From Eledone cirrhosa (taxonomy: Eukaryota): a stretch of 64,000 bases of DNA. The first letter of the stretch is position 1, and every line of letters begins with the position of its first letter. Both the position numbers and the translations under genes were made by a program. Below are positions 12,118 to 26,682 of the stretch, piece after piece. The notes under the pieces were generated by a model. That model worked only from the letters and a program-made list of their open reading frames with translations, searched no databases and was not told the DNA's origin. The stretch covers positions 307,086,001 through 307,150,000 of the forward strand of contig OZ024740.1 of assembly GCA_964016885.1 (NCBI GenBank), written 5' to 3'.

Positions 12118-12336
12118 CCCTTTAGCATTCAAACTGGCCATATCCGTCCAGAATTTTCTCTCCTCTTTCTATTCAAATTGGCTGTAACTAGCCGTTGGTA
12201 CTGATGTTAAGATATTCTCAAAATAAATAATATCAAAATCTCATAGATTCAATATTATGTGAGGTAATTATGTGAGGTAAAGCCTTTACCATGAAAATAT
12301 AATAGTAAAATTTAGAGTAATGTAAATGCTAAAGGG
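12118..12336. mobile_element. piggyBac-type MITE
   Basis: TTAA|CCCTTTAGCATT ... AATGCTAAAGGG|TTAA: perfect 12-bp TIRs and TTAA TSD. Confidence 0.9.
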
Positions 12337-14002
12337 TTAAGATAAATTTAGAAATTTATATATTGTTGCTGAGCAATTTGATTTTCTTCTATTTCATTGA
12401 GCCTTTTGCTAAACTGTTACATGAAAATATGTTCTCATTATATCTTCAATATTGGTAGAGCATCGAACAACATGCTTTACACCATATAGTTACAGCCCTT
12501 TACATCCTAAGTTCAAATCACATGTTAGCTTTGCCTTTTATCCTTGCAGAGTTCATGAAATAAAATACAGAACTAGTCCGGAAACTTTTCGATAACACCT
12601 TGTATATATATATAAATGGAAAAGATATCGTTTTTTACAAAAACAATATAAAAGAATTAAAAATATAGGTGGAGAAGTTAAAAACAGCTCAAAATACAGT
12701 AATTTATTATAATAAGCAGTATAAAAGGCTATGTTTCATACTTCTTTACACAGTACAAAATATATAAAGTAGAGTACTGATAAATTAAGGATTTTCTGCT
12801 CGTAGTTAAGCATTTACTGTTTCAATTGCTATTGCAATGGTAAAACCTTTACCATAAGGCAGACATTTATAATATCTGTACTCAACCTTTCTCTCTATAT
12901 ATATATTTAGAGAGAGAGAAAGTGAGAGGGGGTGGGGACTACATATATTCATAGACTTTAACAATGCTATGACATGATCTGAGAGAGAAAGACAAAAATA
13001 GAGATAGGATGTGATAACATTTAAACAGAAAAGGGAAGAGATCTAACTAGAAAGAAACTCATTTCTTCTTTAATTTTGTTTTCTTTCTATCAGCTCAGTT
13101 GGTGGTTAGAGAAAAAAAAATTGTATTATTTACATTTCATTAAAACTATGTTCTTGTGAAGAATTGGTTAAAAACAAATTCTAGTGTTTTTGTTATGATT
13201 CTATCTCTTTATTTTTCCTTTGTTTTTGCCTAACTCTGTTTTTGGTGATTTAGTTCCTTGCCACCACTACTTCTTTACAGAATGCTATGGATGATGAAAA
13301 TATGTAAACTGTCTAATTTCTGCTTATTTAGCATATTAACTGAGGACACTTGGGTGAATGTTGTGCTCTCTACTTCTACTAATTTCAAACTAAAATGAAA
13401 TAGATAAAATCATTGTTGTTCTTGTCGTGTTTGTTATCATTTGGCAGTATTGGTAGGGCGTCGGACAACATGCTTTGTGTCATATAGTTATGTCCCTTTA
13501 CATTCTGAGTTCAAATCCTGCCAAGGTTAGGTTTGCTTTTCATACTTATGGAGTTGATAAAATAAAGTACCAGTACAACAGTGGGGTCGATTTAATCGAC
13601 CCCCCCCCCCCCAAAAAAAAAAAAAAAATTATTGGCTTTGTGCCTAAATCTGAAACCATTATTAACTATCTTCATCATTATGGCAGTGGATTGGCATAAT
13701 TGTTAACGTATTAGATAAAAAGCCTTATGATAATTGTTCTAGTTTTTTATGTTCTGAGTTCAAATCTCACTGAGGTTAATTCTGCTTTCCCTTTTCCCAG
13801 GATTAATAAAATAAGCTCTACTGCTGCAATTAATATAATGGTGTCCATGTTAATGTGGTTGCTGTTAGGAAGAACATCCAGCCATAGAATCCAAACCAAA
13901 ATCAGTTCTGTATGAGCAAGACATGTTCATCTGATCTGGCTTGTCTCACAACAGGACAATTCATCTAACCCATGCTAATGTAGAAAAATTGACATTAAAT
14001 GG

Positions 14003-14036
<34 letters not shown>

Positions 14037-14776
14037 AATGATGATGATGATGAAGTAATCATAGTAATCATAGTGGAGCAAATTTCTTAAATGTTCAGTC
14101 ATGTTGCATCCACATAAATATGTATCACATATCACTCCAACCTACTGCAGTAGTGTAGTAAATTTATTAAGTTGTTCAGTGAGTTCAGTTTCTCGCTGAA
14201 GACACACATACATGACTAAAGAGGGATTCATGATGTTCCAGTCCACTCAGATAGCAAAGGTGTCTTGCACCTGTAATTCAAAGGGCAAGCCTTGACACAC
14301 ACACAGTGTTATTTGATCCTTCATGAGAACTATGTTAAGGGTACATCTATTTGTGGAATGCTCAGCTGAGCAAGTTGTTCCATTGGTTGAACAACTGGAA
14401 TACACAGTGTTGGAACTGACAGAAGTTCAACATACACACAGACATCGCTGTGTATGTGTATGTCTGTCTCTTTCTGTGTATGTATGTGTGAGTGGGAGAG
14501 AAGATATGAATATTTATATGAGTATACAGGAAATAGAATGTACATTTATATAGCAGTGGCTAACAGAATAGAGTGTCTACTCCAACAAACAGCTTCAATT
14601 GGTTGAAAGACCACATCATGTCTGTTGCACATAATACAGACAATAAGATCTTTGAACATATTTAATGCAGCTGCATTGGAAGAACAGTGCATGTAAGATG
14701 AGAGTGTGCATATGTTACATCTACTACCTCTCCCTCTCTTTCTCTGCTTATCTCTCTGTCTTTGTTTTTCCCCACC

Positions 14777-15346
<570 letters not shown>

Positions 15347-15485
15347 AGAAGGTAAAACACATTAAATATTAATGAATTGATGATGACAAAGAGAGATAAA
15401 TAGAGTATGAATAAGGCAGATAAATACAATGTAGAAAGAACTACAAACGTGCACTGATTTAATTCATATATACATGCATATATAT

Positions 15486-15534
<49 letters not shown>

Positions 15535-15535
<1 letters not shown>

Positions 15536-17078
15536 TTAAGGTAAACATTGATGCAATTCAATTCAAGCACTCAACGTATTTTTTTAGGAGTGACGGAGTA
15601 AATATCGAATAAGTAAAAGCGAAGTAGTTTCAGATGTTAAAGTCATTTAATGATAATGCTGTGATACATATTTCAATGGCGACAGTGGCCACACGGTTCC
15701 ATGCGCCAGTGCCGCGACATCGTCAGACAGCTTGTTACATAATAAGGTTATGATTCTGAGGCAATCCAAATTGAATCGACATGGAAACGGACAAAGCGTG
15801 TGTTCTTGAGTTCTCTGTCCGTTCCCTTGTGAGTACCAAATTTCCCACCACCGGTCTGCGCAGGCGCAGGTCCGAAGGAAGTTGACCATCAACTACCGCA
15901 GAGTTCTATGAAACTCGCCTAGGCAGTTCATCCTCTCAACCAAACAATGACCCCATTCAGGCCTGTAATATGACAAGGTTATAGTTTACTGCTAGCCACC
16001 CCATTAGTGGCAGCCAGCCAAAAGCTAGTGGGGTTGGGAGAGTATGAGTATCAATAGGTCTCAATACTACCCTAAATTAAGCATGGACAGTAGAATTGAT
16101 CATCAACCTCTTATGGTTTCACAGTGGAAATTATGAATGAGAGTTGGAAATTAAAACCATAAATTAAAAATCAGAAATCAAAAATTAAAAAAGTTAAAAG
16201 TTAGAATCTAGATTGAAGTGAGTAAAAAAATTACAGTATGAAAGGTAGTAGTTAGGTGAATACATAGTATTTCTATCACATGGAACGAAACCTAAAAAAA
16301 TACGAATATAAAATACACAAAACATACACAAAAAATACAAAAAATACATACAATACATATATGCAAAATGAGATAGTAGATATATATGAGAAATAAACTA
16401 GGCAGGTAAACTGCATGGAAATGAGGGTATACATGGTTAATATGATTGTCAATTTTTCCATATATAGATTTGTTATCTGGTGAAGTGAGAGGGCTTCTGT
16501 TCAAAGCCTCTGTGCAAATGCAATTTGCTGCAGGAAAATAAGGGTTTATCGTTGTTTTTATTTCTGCGTATGTCTCCTGTCGAAAGTTAGTTCATAATTT
16601 TATGTCCGTCCAGTATCAGGGATTTCCATCCCTATTGTAGAGAGAATTTCCGGGTGTAGCTGGTGGCTGGTTCCTCTCTTCTCCACTATATTGGTTACAC
16701 CATAGAGCGCTCAACGTTTTGGAGCTAAATTCTTAAGGTAAACATTGATGCAATTCAATTCAAGCACTCAACGTTTTTTAGGAGTGACGGAGTATATATC
16801 GAATAAGAAAAAGAGAAGTAGTTTCAGATGCTAAAGTCCTTTAATGATAATGCTGTGATACATATTTCAATGGCGACAGTGGCCACACGGTTCCGTGCGC
16901 CAGTGCCGCGATTCAATTTGGATTGCCTCGGAAACATAACTTTATTATGTAACAAGCTGTCTGACGATGTCACGGCACTGGCGCACGGAACCGTGTGGCC
17001 ACTGTCGCCATTGAAATATGTATCACAGCATTATCATTAAAGGACTTTAACATCTGAAACTGCTTCGCTTTTTCTTAT

Positions 17079-17082
<4 letters not shown>
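15535..17082. mobile_element. Non-coding partial-tandem + inverted element (Penelope-like architecture)
   Basis: 15535-15716 is directly repeated at 16733-16910. 16909-17082 is an inverted copy of ~15606-15779. Both ends sit in (TA)n. Confidence 0.55.
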
Positions 17083-17114
<32 letters not shown>

Positions 17115-17140
17115 AATATATATATATATATATGTATGTA

Positions 17141-17199
<59 letters not shown>

Positions 17200-17228
17200 G
17201 TATGAATATATGTATATATGTATGTATA

Positions 17229-20110
17229 TCATCATCATTATACGTCCGCTTTTCCCTGCTTGCAAGGGTTGGATGGGTCCTATTCAGCACAGCATCTCTC
17301 CACTTGTCACGGTCCTTCGTCATCTCCTCGGTGAGTTTCAGCAATCTAAGGTCTCCTCTCACCACCTGCGCCCATGTTTTTCGTGGTCTTCCTTCTACTG
17401 GGATTTCTTGGCACTTCTTTACCCAGCAGTCATCCTCCATCCGCATCACATGTCCATACCATCTCAGCCTTCTCTCCTGCACACCACAACTTATCCCTCT
17501 TATACCCAGTTACTTTCTCAACTCGTCTATGCTTGGTCGTTCACGCACATTGAGATTGCACCTCCAATGGAGCATATTGATTCATTTCTCTCCAGCCATC
17601 ACATATCTTCTGCAGTTGCTGCCCATGTCTCACTACCATTCAGTATCGCACATCTCACACAGGCATCATATAACTGTCCTTTTGTACACAGGGAGAAACC
17701 CTTCTTTGTCAACAGAGGGAGCAGCTTCCTAAACTTCTTCCAACCTGTCCTTATTCTAGATACTATGGCCTAGGAACACCCCCCCCCCATGCTAATCTGA
17801 TCACCTAGGAACCGGAAGCTATCAACCACTTCTATAGAACCCACCTACATTGGAAAAATGTGCCTATCACTGTGATTACTACTGCCAACTCTACCTCTAC
17901 ATCTACTGCATACATAGTTTTCCTTATCTGTTAGGTTGCCTGCTATCCCACTACATCACTTATGTAACCAAGATCTGCATTGCACACATTTTATGGAATT
18001 TATGCCAGTTCCTTTCCTACATATCGAACATGGCCATTTTTCAGATGGAATCAGAGTATTGTCCTCTCTTCTACTTATCAGCACTTTTGTTTTAGCTATG
18101 TTCACTCTCAGGCCTCTTGATTCCAACTGCTGTTTCCATAGCCAGAATTTATTCTCTAGCTCCTCTACTGATTCTGCTATAAGAACCAGATCATCAGCAT
18201 AGAGAAGTTGCCATGGGCAGCCAGTCTTAAACTCCTCTGTTATGGCTTGGAGGACTATAATGAACAAGAGCGGGCTGAGGACCGAACCCTGATGTACACC
18301 TACTTGTATCTGGAATTCCTCACTAAACTCCAATCCTATTCTCATTTTACTGACAGTACCCCTGTACATAGCTTGCACTGTACTCACAAGCCATTCCTCT
18401 ACACCTAGTTTCCTTAGGGACCACCAGATGGCAAATCAGGGTACTCTATCAAAGGCCTTCTCTAGGTCAACAAAAACTAAGTATAGTGGCTTATTCTTCT
18501 CTAAGAACCTCTCTTGTAGTTGCCTCACTAAAAAGAGGGCATCTGTTGTACTTTTCCGAGGCATAAAACCAAACTGTATCTCATCTAATTTGACCCTTTC
18601 TCTAATCAGTTGCGCTAATATTCTCTCTGCCACTTTCATAACCGGGATCCATCAGCTTTATGCCCCTATTATTGCTCCTCTCTAGAGCATCCCCTTTACC
18701 TTTGTAGCAATTTATGAGAATACTGCTGCACCAGTCTTTGGGTATGACACCACCATATTTAGCTTGATTAATGATGCGTGCAACCAGTTTAGTGCCTACT
18801 TTTCCTGAAGCCTTCAGCATCTCAGCAACTATCCTCGACAGTCCAGCAGCCTTACCATTCTTCATTTCCTTAATTGTCTCTTGTATCCTATATTTGTCAA
18901 TATCAATAGCTGGTCCTTCTGTCTACTGGGGGTAATTTCTCTCTGTCCCATTTGTTCTCCACATTCATCAGTCTCTCATAATGACATTTCCAGGCTTCCT
19001 CATTTTTTTATCATTCGTGACACTAAGTACACCGGCATCATTCCGGACACACTTATCTTCAACAACATCCTGATTTGCACTGACACACTGCCTTGCAATG
19101 TGGAATACCGCACGTCTCTGATCTTACCGTCGCAAAACATTGGCAAATCTCCTACTCTCAGCCTCCCTGTGTGCTAAGTACACCTGACGTCTAGCTTCTC
19201 TCTTGGCGGCTGTGTATCCTTCTCTACTCCCACCGTTTTTCCAAGCCTTCCATGCCAGTCTTTTGTCTCTAATGGCCCTATCAACCGTGCTGTTACACCA
19301 CCAGGTCACTCTCTGTCTAGTTGAAGCTCTGCTCCAACCACAAGTTTCTTCAGTAACCTGCAGTAAGTTGTCACACAAGAAATTCCAGTTAGTATCTAAA
19401 TCGTCTTCTTTTTTGACATACACATCTTGAAGAGCTTTGCTGAATTTATATTTTAATGAAAGGTCTTTTAGCTTCCAGACCTTTCTTTTCCACACCTTCC
19501 TGTATGTCTCACTCTTTCTCTTGCTTACTGAGATATCACTAACGACTAACCTATGCTGTGGGGTACATTCTTCCCCAGGGCAAGCCTTAGTATTTGACAC
19601 CATCTGTCTGTCTTGCTGTCTAACTTGTAGGAAGTCAATCTGGCTTATGTGCTCGCCTGATTTGTAGGTTATTAGGTGGTTGGTAGGTGTCTGGAAGTTA
19701 GTGTTGCAAATGGTTAGTGCATTTGCATCACAAAATTCAAGAAGCCTCACTCCTTCTTCATTTCTTGAGCCGTAACTGTGCCCACCATGTACCCCAGTGT
19801 ATCCATCCTGGAGCTGTTCAATTTGTCCATTGAAGTCCCCTGCTAGCATAACGATGTCTCTGTCCTCTGTCATTGAGGCTGTTTGTAAAAGTTGCTCGTA
19901 AAAGGAGTCTTTCTCTTCTTTACCTAGGCCTGCCTGGGGAGCATAGGCAGAGATGATTGTCAGTAGTCTCTTGTCTACAACTAATCTAAGCTTAATTATT
20001 CTATTAATAACTCTAACGACCTCTATTGTCTTATTGATCCATCTCTCAGTCAGTAATATGCCCACCCCACCTAACCCATCATCATTACCCACCCAGAAAA
20101 GCTTATAACT
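17229..20110 (-). mobile_element. RTE family C, near full-length but disrupted (APE endonuclease, RT, PHD-type finger, short 3' UTR)
   Basis: ORF 19124-20092: GVGILL, IISAYAPQ, AGDFNG, SQIDF, HRLV (APE). Further pieces [56 protein letters not shown]. Multiple frameshifts and stops. (ATG)n tail. Confidence 0.95.
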
Positions 20111-20149
20111 ATGATGTATATATATATGTATATATATATGTATGTATGT

Positions 20150-21341
20150 ATCATCATCATCATCATCATCACCGTTTTACGTCCGTTCTTCCACGCTAGC
20201 GTGGGTTAGACGGGTTGTCCTGTTGTGGGCAGTGTCTGGTCGGCTGACCATGCCTTGCTCATACAGGAACTGATCTGGCTTGATTTCTACAGCTGGATGC
20301 CCTTCCTAACACCAACCTCATTTACAGTGAGTGCTGGGTGCTTTTTCGTGGCGCCTACACGTCCACTTTACAGTGTGGGCTGGGTGCTTTTTTGCCGTGG
20401 CACCTCCACGACCACCTTGCGGTGGGGGGGGGGGGGCATATTGTTTATATGCTTCAGCATGTACCCATGGGAGGTCGGGTACCCTGTATTACTGCGTGAC
20501 GCCAGAAGTCACGGTCGTGTGTCATTGACTTTGAGAGGTGTAGTTGGGTAAGGTCGGCTTTTATCACCTCATCCCAAGTCATCTTGGGTCTCCCCACTCC
20601 GCGGTTTCCATCAACTTCTAGTGCTCTGCACCTTTTTATGCAGCTGTCATCCTTCATACGCATCACATGTCCATACCAGCGTAACCGCCTCTCCTGCACG
20701 CAGCATTTGATTCCTCTTATGCTCAGTCTCTCTCTCAATTCATTTATGCTTTGTCGTTCACGTATATTACTGTTACACATCCATCGGAGCATGCAGGCTT
20801 CGTTTCTCTCTAATCTACGTAAGTCTTCCACCTTCAGCGCCCAGGTCTCACTACCATGCAACATCGCTGTTCGGATACACGCATCATACAGTCTGCCTTT
20901 CATTCTGAGGGAGAAGCCTTTTGCAGCTAGCAGTGGTAGTAGTTCCCTAAACTTCTTCCATCCCGTTCTTACCCTAGTTATTGTACTTTCTGAGCACCCA
21001 CCTCCGTTGCTAATTCGGTCACCTAGGTAGCAGAAGCTGTCTACTGTTTCTACAGGGCCCTCCCAGAGATTGGTGGTACTTGTTTCCTGTGGCTGTTTGC
21101 TTGCTGTTTCAGCACAGCTGCTGCATGTGAATCCTACATTCTTAATTAAGCTTCCTGAGATCCCGCTACATCTCTTGTGTACCCATTGTTTGCATTTGGG
21201 GCAAAGAATGGAGTTCCTACCTACACCTTTCCTACATACTGAGCAAGGCCATTTCCCTGAGGGGATCTGGGTTCTGTTTTCTCGTCTACTTATAAGGACC
21301 TTAGTCTTTGTCATGTTGACTTTGAGGCCCTTTCTCTCTAG
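20150..21341 (-). mobile_element. RTE family B, 5'-truncated copy
   Basis: Open frame from LERKGLKVN through the PHD finger, [12 protein letters not shown] and GRP..TW. Family B 3' UTR and (ATG)n tail. Both ends in (TA)n-type tracts. Confidence 0.95.
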
Positions 21342-21372
<31 letters not shown>

Positions 21373-21377
21373 ATATA

Positions 21378-21769
21378 CAAGGGTAAACCCAAAAGTAACG
21401 TCTCCAAAGCGATGGGGACGCAGAGAAACTGTTCGTGCGGCTGTTGGCAACACTGTTGTGATTGGTGCTTCCTTCACTCCCAAACAAGCATGCGCGCGCT
21501 TCGCTGGGATGCTCAATCTTGGCTTGGCAGCCATTGAGAATGGAGCTCCCATTGAATGCTACCGTAAGTGCGAATTTCGCGTAGTTATTATATAGAGGGC
21601 AATCCCAAAAGTAAGGTCTCCTTCCGAGGAAAACATGCGTAAAGATCGGCGGATCACTCCGGATGCTCTCTGCATTTTGGATCCTGAGGTTTCCCGAAGC
21701 ACCATCCACAGATTTTTAACGGAAAAGTTGCAATATCGGAAGGAGACCTTACTTTTGGGATTGCCCTCG
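21378..21769 (+). mobile_element. Rearranged mariner remnant / MITE
   Basis: TIR-like CAAGGGTAAACCCAAAAGTAACGTCTCC at 21378. ATG at 21540 (MELPLN..KCEFRVVI, transposase N-terminus-like). Perfect 33-bp IR 21595-21627 / 21736-21768 encloses DRRITPDALCILDPEVSRSTIHRFLTEKLQYRK (mariner HTH region). TA flanks. Confidence 0.85.
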
Positions 21770-22166
21770 TATATATATATGCATGTATGTATATATATAT
21801 ATATATATGTATGTATATATATATATGTATATATATATGTATGTATGTGTGTGTATGTATGTGTGTGTGTGTTTTTGTGTTTGTGTTATTGATTGGATAA
21901 TAAATAGGCCAGGATGATATTTCAACTTGCAGCAATGCAATTTGATTTCTCAATTAAATTTAATATCACATGATAGCCATATCAACAGTGCAATGAACAG
22001 ATATACATACAGACCAATTCTATGGACCCTTTCTGTAACTTGAAGAGGTTTATATCACTGCTGCTCTTCCCCTAGGCCACTCCTGTGCATCTACTACATA
22101 TTGACAGTAGATCGATTTTCGTCAAATTAGACCGAGGAAACAATGTTTCTGTTGGTCTTTCCAATT

Positions 22167-24723
22167 CATCATCATCGTTTAATGTCCATCTTCCATGCTT
22201 ACATGGGTTTGGACGGGAGTTTTCCCACTTGAGGCAAGATTGGTTGTCCTGCTCGTATAGGACTGTCTGGCGGATTTTCTACGGCTGGATGCCCTTCCTA
22301 ACACCAACCACGTTTACAGTGTGGGGCTGGGAGGTTTTTACCGTGTTACCTACACGGGCACATTACAGCGTGGACTGTGTGTTTTTTTGTCGTGAGACCT
22401 ACACAACCTCATTTGTTTCAGACTGGATGTTGTGGTACCAACATAACTTCACATTTAAGGGGGTGGTGTGGATGGGGTAGGGGTAGTGGGAGGGGGTGTA
22501 TTTTGTTAGAGGTGCCTAATGACTGTAGGTTTCGCTTTGTACTTAGGCAAGGCGGGTCTTCTGTATGACTGTGTAGCGCCAAAGATCTCGGTCCAGTGAC
22601 ATTGTCTTGGAGAGGTGTAAGTGTGTGAGGTCGGAATTTATCAAGTCGTCCCAGGTTTTTCTGGGTCTGCCTACTCCGTGGCTACGGTCTATTTTTATCG
22701 CCCTGCACTTTTTTTATACAGCTGTCGTCTTTCATGCGTATCACGTCACCATACCAACGTAGTCTTCTCTCGAGTAAACAGCATCTGATCCCTCTTATTC
22801 CTAATTTCTCCCTTAGTTCGTTTATGCTTTGCCGTTCACGTATATTACTATTACACATCCAGCGGAGCATGCAAGCTTCGTTTCACTTCAGTCTGCATAT
22901 ATCCTCTGCACACAATGCCCAGGTCTCACTGCCATGTAACATTGCTTTTCGTATGCAGGCATCATACAGCCTGCCTTTCATTTTTAGAGAGAACCCTTTA
23001 GCGGCCAATAGAGGTATAAGCTCTCTGAACTTTTTCCATCCCGTTCTGACTCTAGCTACTGTACTTTCAGAGCACCCTCCCCCACTGCTGATTTTGTCAC
23101 CCAGGTAACAGAAGGGGTCCACTATTTCTATAGAACCATCTGTGCAATGGAATGAGCTAGTATTCTGTGGGCACTTGCTGCTACTTATTGCACCGGAGCA
23201 CCGGCCACATATAAAATCTATATTCTTAGTTAGCTTACCTGTGATCCCACTACATCTTTTATGCACCCATACTTTGCATTTGGGACATAAAATGGAGTTT
23301 CTGCCTACTCCTTTCCTACACACTGAGCATGGCCATTTCCCAGATGGGACCGGTGCCCTATTTTCCTTCCTACAAACTAGAACTTTAATCTTAGACAAGT
23401 TAACTTTAAGGCCTTTTGATTCTAGGCCATGCTTCCATGTTTGGAATTTCTTCTCTAGTTCAGCCATTGATTCAGCTATGAGCGTTAGATCATCTGCATA
23501 TAGGAGTTCCCATGGGCAGCCAGTCTTGAACTCCTCTGTTATAGCCTAAAGGGCAATAATAAATAGTAGGGGGCTAAGAACGGAGCCCTGATGAACACCA
23601 ATTTTTACGCTAAACTCTTCACTATATTCGTTGTTAATTCTAACCTTGCTGACTGTTTCTTTATACATGGGGCTTGTATAGCTCTCACACGCCATTCATC
23701 AACACCTAGTTTTCTAAGAGCCCACCAGATAATGGAGCGGGGGACTCTGTCAAAGGCTTTCACCAAGTCAACAAAAGCTAAGTATAGGGTTTACTTTTAG
23801 CTAGGTACTTCTCCTGTAGTTGTCGTACAATGAAAAGAGTGTCTGTGGTACTTTTAGCTGACACAAACCCGAATTGCATTTCATCTAGATCAATTTGTTC
23901 TCTGATTAGTTGCGCTATTACTTTTTCTGTGACCTTCAAGACCTGGTCGATTAATTTAATGCCTCTATAGTTACCCCTATCTAGGGCATCTCCTCTACCT
24001 TTGTAGCAGTTAATGATGCTGCTGCTATGCCAGTCCTTCGGAATGGCCCCATTCTGTATGACTTGGTTTACTATCCGGGTAACCATAGTGTGTCCCACCG
24101 TTCCAGATGCTTTCAGCATTTCAGCAACTATTTCCAAAGGCCCAGCTGCCTTGCCTGTCTTCATATCTTTGATTGCCTTACTTATTATACTACCTTCAAC
24201 TAGCACTGCTGGTCCCTCTATTGGATCGGTGTGGGGGAGACTGTCTTTCTCCCATTTATTCTCCTCATTTAGTAGCCTTTCGTAGTGACACTTCCAAGCT
24301 ACCTTCTTATCAGCGTCAGTGATGGCAAGTACACCATCATCATTAAGGACACACTTCTCCCCGACAATATCACGGTTTTCCTTGACACATTGCCTAGCAA
24401 TCCTGAACACCTCACGTTTTTGGTCCTCGCGTTGTAGAACATGCTTGAACTTTCTTTCCTCTGCTTCCCTTCTTGCGAAGTACACTTGTCCCCTAGCTTC
24501 CCTCCTGGCCACTTGATAGTCTTCTCTACTTCCCCCATCCCGCCATACTTTCCAAGCCTGCTTTTTGGCCTTAATTGTCTCCTCCACCTTACTTTTCCAC
24601 CACCACATTACTCTCCTCCTGCCTATAGGCCTGGTCCAGCCACAGACTTCATCTGCTGCCTTCAGCAGGTTAGCTTTCAGGAATTCCCACTGTTCCTCTA
24701 TATTGTACGACTCTAATTGCTCT
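22167..24723 (-). mobile_element. RTE family A, 5'-truncated 2.55-kb copy
   Basis: ORF pieces 23778-24608, 22883-23467 and 22682-22870 carry RT motifs, the PHD finger and the C-terminus. Family A 3' UTR and tail. Confidence 0.95.
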
Positions 24724-25089
24724 TAATTGCTAATACTATCTATTGGTTGCTACTCCAGGTAGAAGGAACAATGGGAAATAAAGTGTCTTGCTTAAGGACA
24801 TAAAACATCGCCTGGTCAAGGAATTGAACTCACAACCTCACGATTGCGAATCCAATTCTCTACTACATATAAAGTCTTCCTTTCCTGTTAGTCTACCCGT
24901 TATCCAACTATATCTCTTGTGTACACCGTATGGCATTTATGCCTACTTCTTTTCTATATATGAGCCAGGGCCACAGTGAAGAAGGAAACAGAAAAACACA
25001 AATGACAACAATATGAAATCATCAAAGTCCACCATGGATTTTTACCTAAATATGCATATACATGATAATGGGGTGGTTGACCTAGTCAT

Positions 25090-25690
25090 GTGCTACAACC
25101 CTTTGATTGTCATCAAATGATTACACATTCCATTTCAGATATAGAAAGCTGCTATTAGAAGATGACATAATAACAACTGTTAGATAACACATCTCAGGGC
25201 TGCCACTCTCAGTTTGGTGCACTGTAAAGTAGATCTGGCGAAAATGATGCTTGAGAGAAGACAAGTGGATGTGTACTGTCCAAATAGTCAGATAGAAGGG
25301 TGGCTCAGCAAGACTGGCAAACAGTATAGATATAAGCTATTCTAGGTAGGAAGACATTCTACTAGCTCAGAAGTGGATAGATAACTTAATTGAGTTAGAA
25401 TGAGCGACAGAGACATGAAGCTCAGAATAGTCATAGTCAATAAATTGACAACAATTTTCTCTACCTACACATCACAATTCAAACTAAGTTAAGAAAAAAA
25501 GGACTATTTCTATGAGGATCTCTTACAGACAACTCCAGCAATGGATGATCGAGACCTCATTATCCTAGCTGATGATTTCAGTGTACATGTTAGTGAACCA
25601 TAAGATAGCTATTTGGATGCATGGTGGCTATAGATGAGGCTCGAGAAATGAAGAGGGACCAAAGCTCCTAGAATTCTGTGATAGTTACTT
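25090..25690 (+). mobile_element. Decayed RTE APE-endonuclease region
   Basis: Remnants of ATLxxGxL, LxRRxVDV, YKLF, SxYxxQ, AxDFxxHV, RNEEGxxLLEFCD. Confidence 0.75.
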
Positions 25691-26361
25691 ATTTTCAAAG
25701 TTTGGGCATTAAGATCTTCATAATTATTTTACCAAAACCAAGAGTAAAAATGACCCGAGCTAGAATCTAAATGTCTACCTGTGTATGTATGTGAATATAT
25801 ATGTATACAGTGTTTACAGCGGAATGATAGGGACCCCAGTCCTTATCATCTCCTTTCTATAGCTGAGTAAACTGGAGCAATGTGAAATAAAGTGTCTTGC
25901 TCAAGGAAACAACAATATATATATATGCGTGTATGAGTGTGTGTTAGGTATGTAACCACAGTTACAGGTGGTTTGCTGTTCTAAGCACTGGATGCTGTTA
26001 CAATGGCCTGTCTTATGCTGGATTATATTACATATTTATACTTATAAGTATTATTTATCGTGCCAAAAGTAGAAATAATTATTTATCCCTTATCTAGCCA
26101 GTCACCTTTTCATATCATGTGACCTGTTTACCTATCTATTCAATAAAAATATGATCCATCCATCGTTTCTGAGAATAGACAGCAGAATGAATGTGCTTAT
26201 ATAAAACTTATGGTATGGAGTTGCATAACTGCCATAGATTGGTCTACAAATCGATAATTTTGCACTCTGAACAATACATGAATTAATTACTTCCTCTTGC
26301 CTAATTCTTTTGTTGTCTAAGAATATATATATATACATAGTATATATATATATATATATAT

Positions 26362-26682
26362 ATCATCATCATCATCATCATCATCATACATCCGTTCTTC
26401 CACGCTAGCATGGGTTAGATGGGTTGTCCTGTTGTGGGCAGTGTCTGGTCAGCTGACCTTGTCTTGCTCATACGGGAACTGATTCTGGCTTGATTTCTAC
26501 AGCTGGATGCCCTTCCTTACACCAACCTCATTTACAGTGAGTGCTCGGTGCTTTTTTTCCGTGGCGCCTATACGTCCACTTTACAGTGGAATGATAGGGA
26601 CCCCAGTCCTTATCATCTCCTTTCTACAGCTGAGTAAACTGGAGCAATGTGAAATAAAGTGTCTTGCTCAAGGAAACAACAA
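26362..26682 (-). mobile_element. SINE family 2 (CORE-like body) with RTE family B tail, 5'-truncated
   Basis: Minus strand: TTCCTTGAGCAAGACACTTTATTTCACATTGCTCCAG followed by the family B 3' UTR and (ATG)n. Confidence 0.8.

Noticed and set aside
14550-14725. RING-like peptide [13 protein letters not shown] on the minus strand
   Set aside because: Remaining Cys/His ligands are missing and there are no convincing splice sites. Probably chance.
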